The notes under the pieces: model-generated
Told to the model about the DNA's origin: nothing
What the model saw: the letters and a program-made list of their open reading frames with translations, nothing else
Database searches by the model: none
Part shown: one piece after another, positions 62,885 to 64,000 of the stretch
Numbering within the stretch: position 1 is the first letter of the stretch
Layout: every line of letters starts with the position of its first letter
Source: Cyanophora paradoxa CCMP329
Taxonomy: Eukaryota; Plantae; Glaucophyta
Assembly (NCBI GenBank): GCA_004431415.1
Contig: QPMI01000417.1
Span: forward strand, 185,554-249,553
Direction of reading: 5' to 3'
DNA length: 64,000 nt
Translations under genes and position numbers: made by a program

Positions 62885-63224
62885 GTTTACCCATCACCAG
62901 AAAAATATGGGTTGGCGCCCCCGTACGTCTCGGGGAACTGCCTCTCCCACCTGCGCATGGCCGCGTCCCTCTGGTCGTCGAAGCTACGGTAGGCCGCGGC
63001 CCTCTGCCCATCACGATTTGCCAGAGCCGTGCACGGACCTCGTCCTGCAGTCTGTACACCCAATCGCGAATGTTCTCGACGATATCCGTCGGCAGCGTGG
63101 CCAACCCCGCCTTGATCTCGGGTACATCCGTGGGATCCTCTTCGAGCGTAAGCTTCTGCATGCGAGCGCGCAGCATCTCAATTTGCGTATCGATTGGGGC
63201 CCAATAAGGGATAGATCGAGACAT
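62766..63224 (-). CDS. Viral hypothetical protein (3' end probably frameshifted)
   Basis: Helical N-terminal half; upstream TATTTCTCA. Confidence 0.5.
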   Translation of the reverse strand: MSRSIPYWAPIDTQIEMLRARMQKLTLEEDPTDVPEIKAGLATLPTDIVENIRDWVYRLQDEVRARLWQIVMGRGPRPTVASTTRGTRPCAGGRGSSPRRTGAPTHIFLVMGKHAGGAEEAREKGAHERAGAAHQGRGEGGEGEAEGAARIS

Positions 63225-63472
63225 CGGGGTACGGGGTCACTGAGAAATAACACTGGGTCGGAAGAGGAGGTACCCCACCAGGATCCCCGCTATAATCCAG
63301 AGGGCGACCAGTCGCGCTCCGCCGGCGCGCCCCCGGGCGTCACCATCAGCTGCCCCGCCCCGGGCCTGCGCAGGCCGTGCGTGCGGTCCGCCAGTGCGGG
63401 CGCGGGAACTGCTCCTGCGGCATGCGCTCGGGGTAGATGCCGTCGAATCGGTTCTGCATTTGGTACATGTCC

Positions 63473-64000
63473 CTATCGAACAGCAGGGAGGCCATTTCTC
63501 AATTTGGGGAGGGACTTAGAAATACTGCCCGTGAGCTCCCTGTCGCGGATCCTGCGAAAATCCGCGAAGAGCCCGCGCGCGCAGCGCCTGCAGACGAGGC
63601 GGGCCCGCCCGCCCACGCGCGCCACCGAGATCTCGTGGCCGAACTGCAGGTGGCCCGGGAAGCAGGTGGGGGGGTAGTCGCAGACGAAGCAGTGAACTGG
63701 GCAGTTGCGCCGCCGGATCACATCTGAATTGCAATCGCGGGCTCGCTCGCCGCCTTCCTCGGCGCGCGCTGGCGCTTGGGCTGGGCCTCGAGCGGGCTCG
63801 GGTCGCCCTCCGCGGGGGCCGCCTTGGCCTTCTGCCGGGGCGCCGCGGGGGGCTTCGGGGCCGTAGGGGCTGCCGGTGCCTGGCTCGAGCCGGCGGCCGG
63901 GCCAGCGGCGTCGGTCACCTGCGGGCGCTGCGGCGGAGGGCTGGTCTCCCGGGCCCCCTCCTCGAGGACCCGGCGCATGAAGCGCGAGACGCGGCCGCTG
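63473..64000 (-). CDS. Partial viral gene with C-terminal HNH-like/Zn-binding domain
   Basis: CFVC...QFGHEISVARVGG...LVCRRC resembles the CxxC..H..GG..CxxC layout of HNH domains, but the conserved Asn residues are not seen; frameshift near 63720. Confidence 0.45.
   Translation of the reverse strand, partial: QRPRLALHAPGPRGGGPGDQPSAAAPAGDRRRWPGRRLEPGTGSPYGPEAPRGAPAEGQGGPRGGRPEPARGPAQAPARAEEGGERARDCNSDVIRRRNCPVHCFVCDYPPTCFPGHLQFGHEISVARVGGRARLVCRRCARGLFADFRRIRDRELTGSISKSLPKLRNGLPAVR

Larger units (their letters stand above)
39900..64000. mobile_element. Endogenous dsDNA virus, small NCLDV relative (mriyavirus/Yaravirus-like); continues past the window; left end approximate
   Basis: Abrupt switch to tightly packed, mostly intronless ORFs. 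Carries an NCLDV-type MCP, DUF5767-like protein, SSB, YqaJ and SF3 helicase, plus a shared upstream motif. Confidence 0.9.

Noticed and set aside
39900-64000. Polinton/Maverick, virophage or bacterial prophage
   Set aside because: No pPolB, rve integrase or phage head-tail genes are visible; the MCP motifs are NCLDV-type and spliceosomal introns are present.

Overview
Eukaryotic, GC-rich, intron-dense genomic DNA, probably from a flagellated protist or alga (inference). The host part (1 to ~39 kb) was reconstructed by manual splicing. It contains a 3' gene end, two gene remnants fused at one breakpoint (subtilase tail and WD40), an F-box gene, a GPI-type KP-43/TagC-like S8 subtilase, a PARP6/8-like mono-ADP-ribosyltransferase head-to-head with cyanase, a FAM221A homologue and an ~11 kb ADCY10-like soluble adenylyl cyclase. 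From ~39.9 kb to the window end lies a densely packed endogenous dsDNA virus. It encodes an NCLDV-type double-jelly-roll capsid, a DUF5767-like protein, a DUF2738-like SSB, a YqaJ exonuclease, an SF3/D5-like helicase, an HNH-like protein, a GNAT-like protein and two F-box-like paralogues. It best fits a small relative of the Nucleocytoviricota (mriyavirus/Yaravirus-like). Three features stand out: spliceosomal introns only in two large divergent genes, a shared TTTC(T) motif upstream of about 18 intronless genes, and a nested inverted-repeat/iteron locus at 54.0-55.5 kb (candidate origin or invertible segment). All family assignments come from motif recognition by eye; no searches were run.
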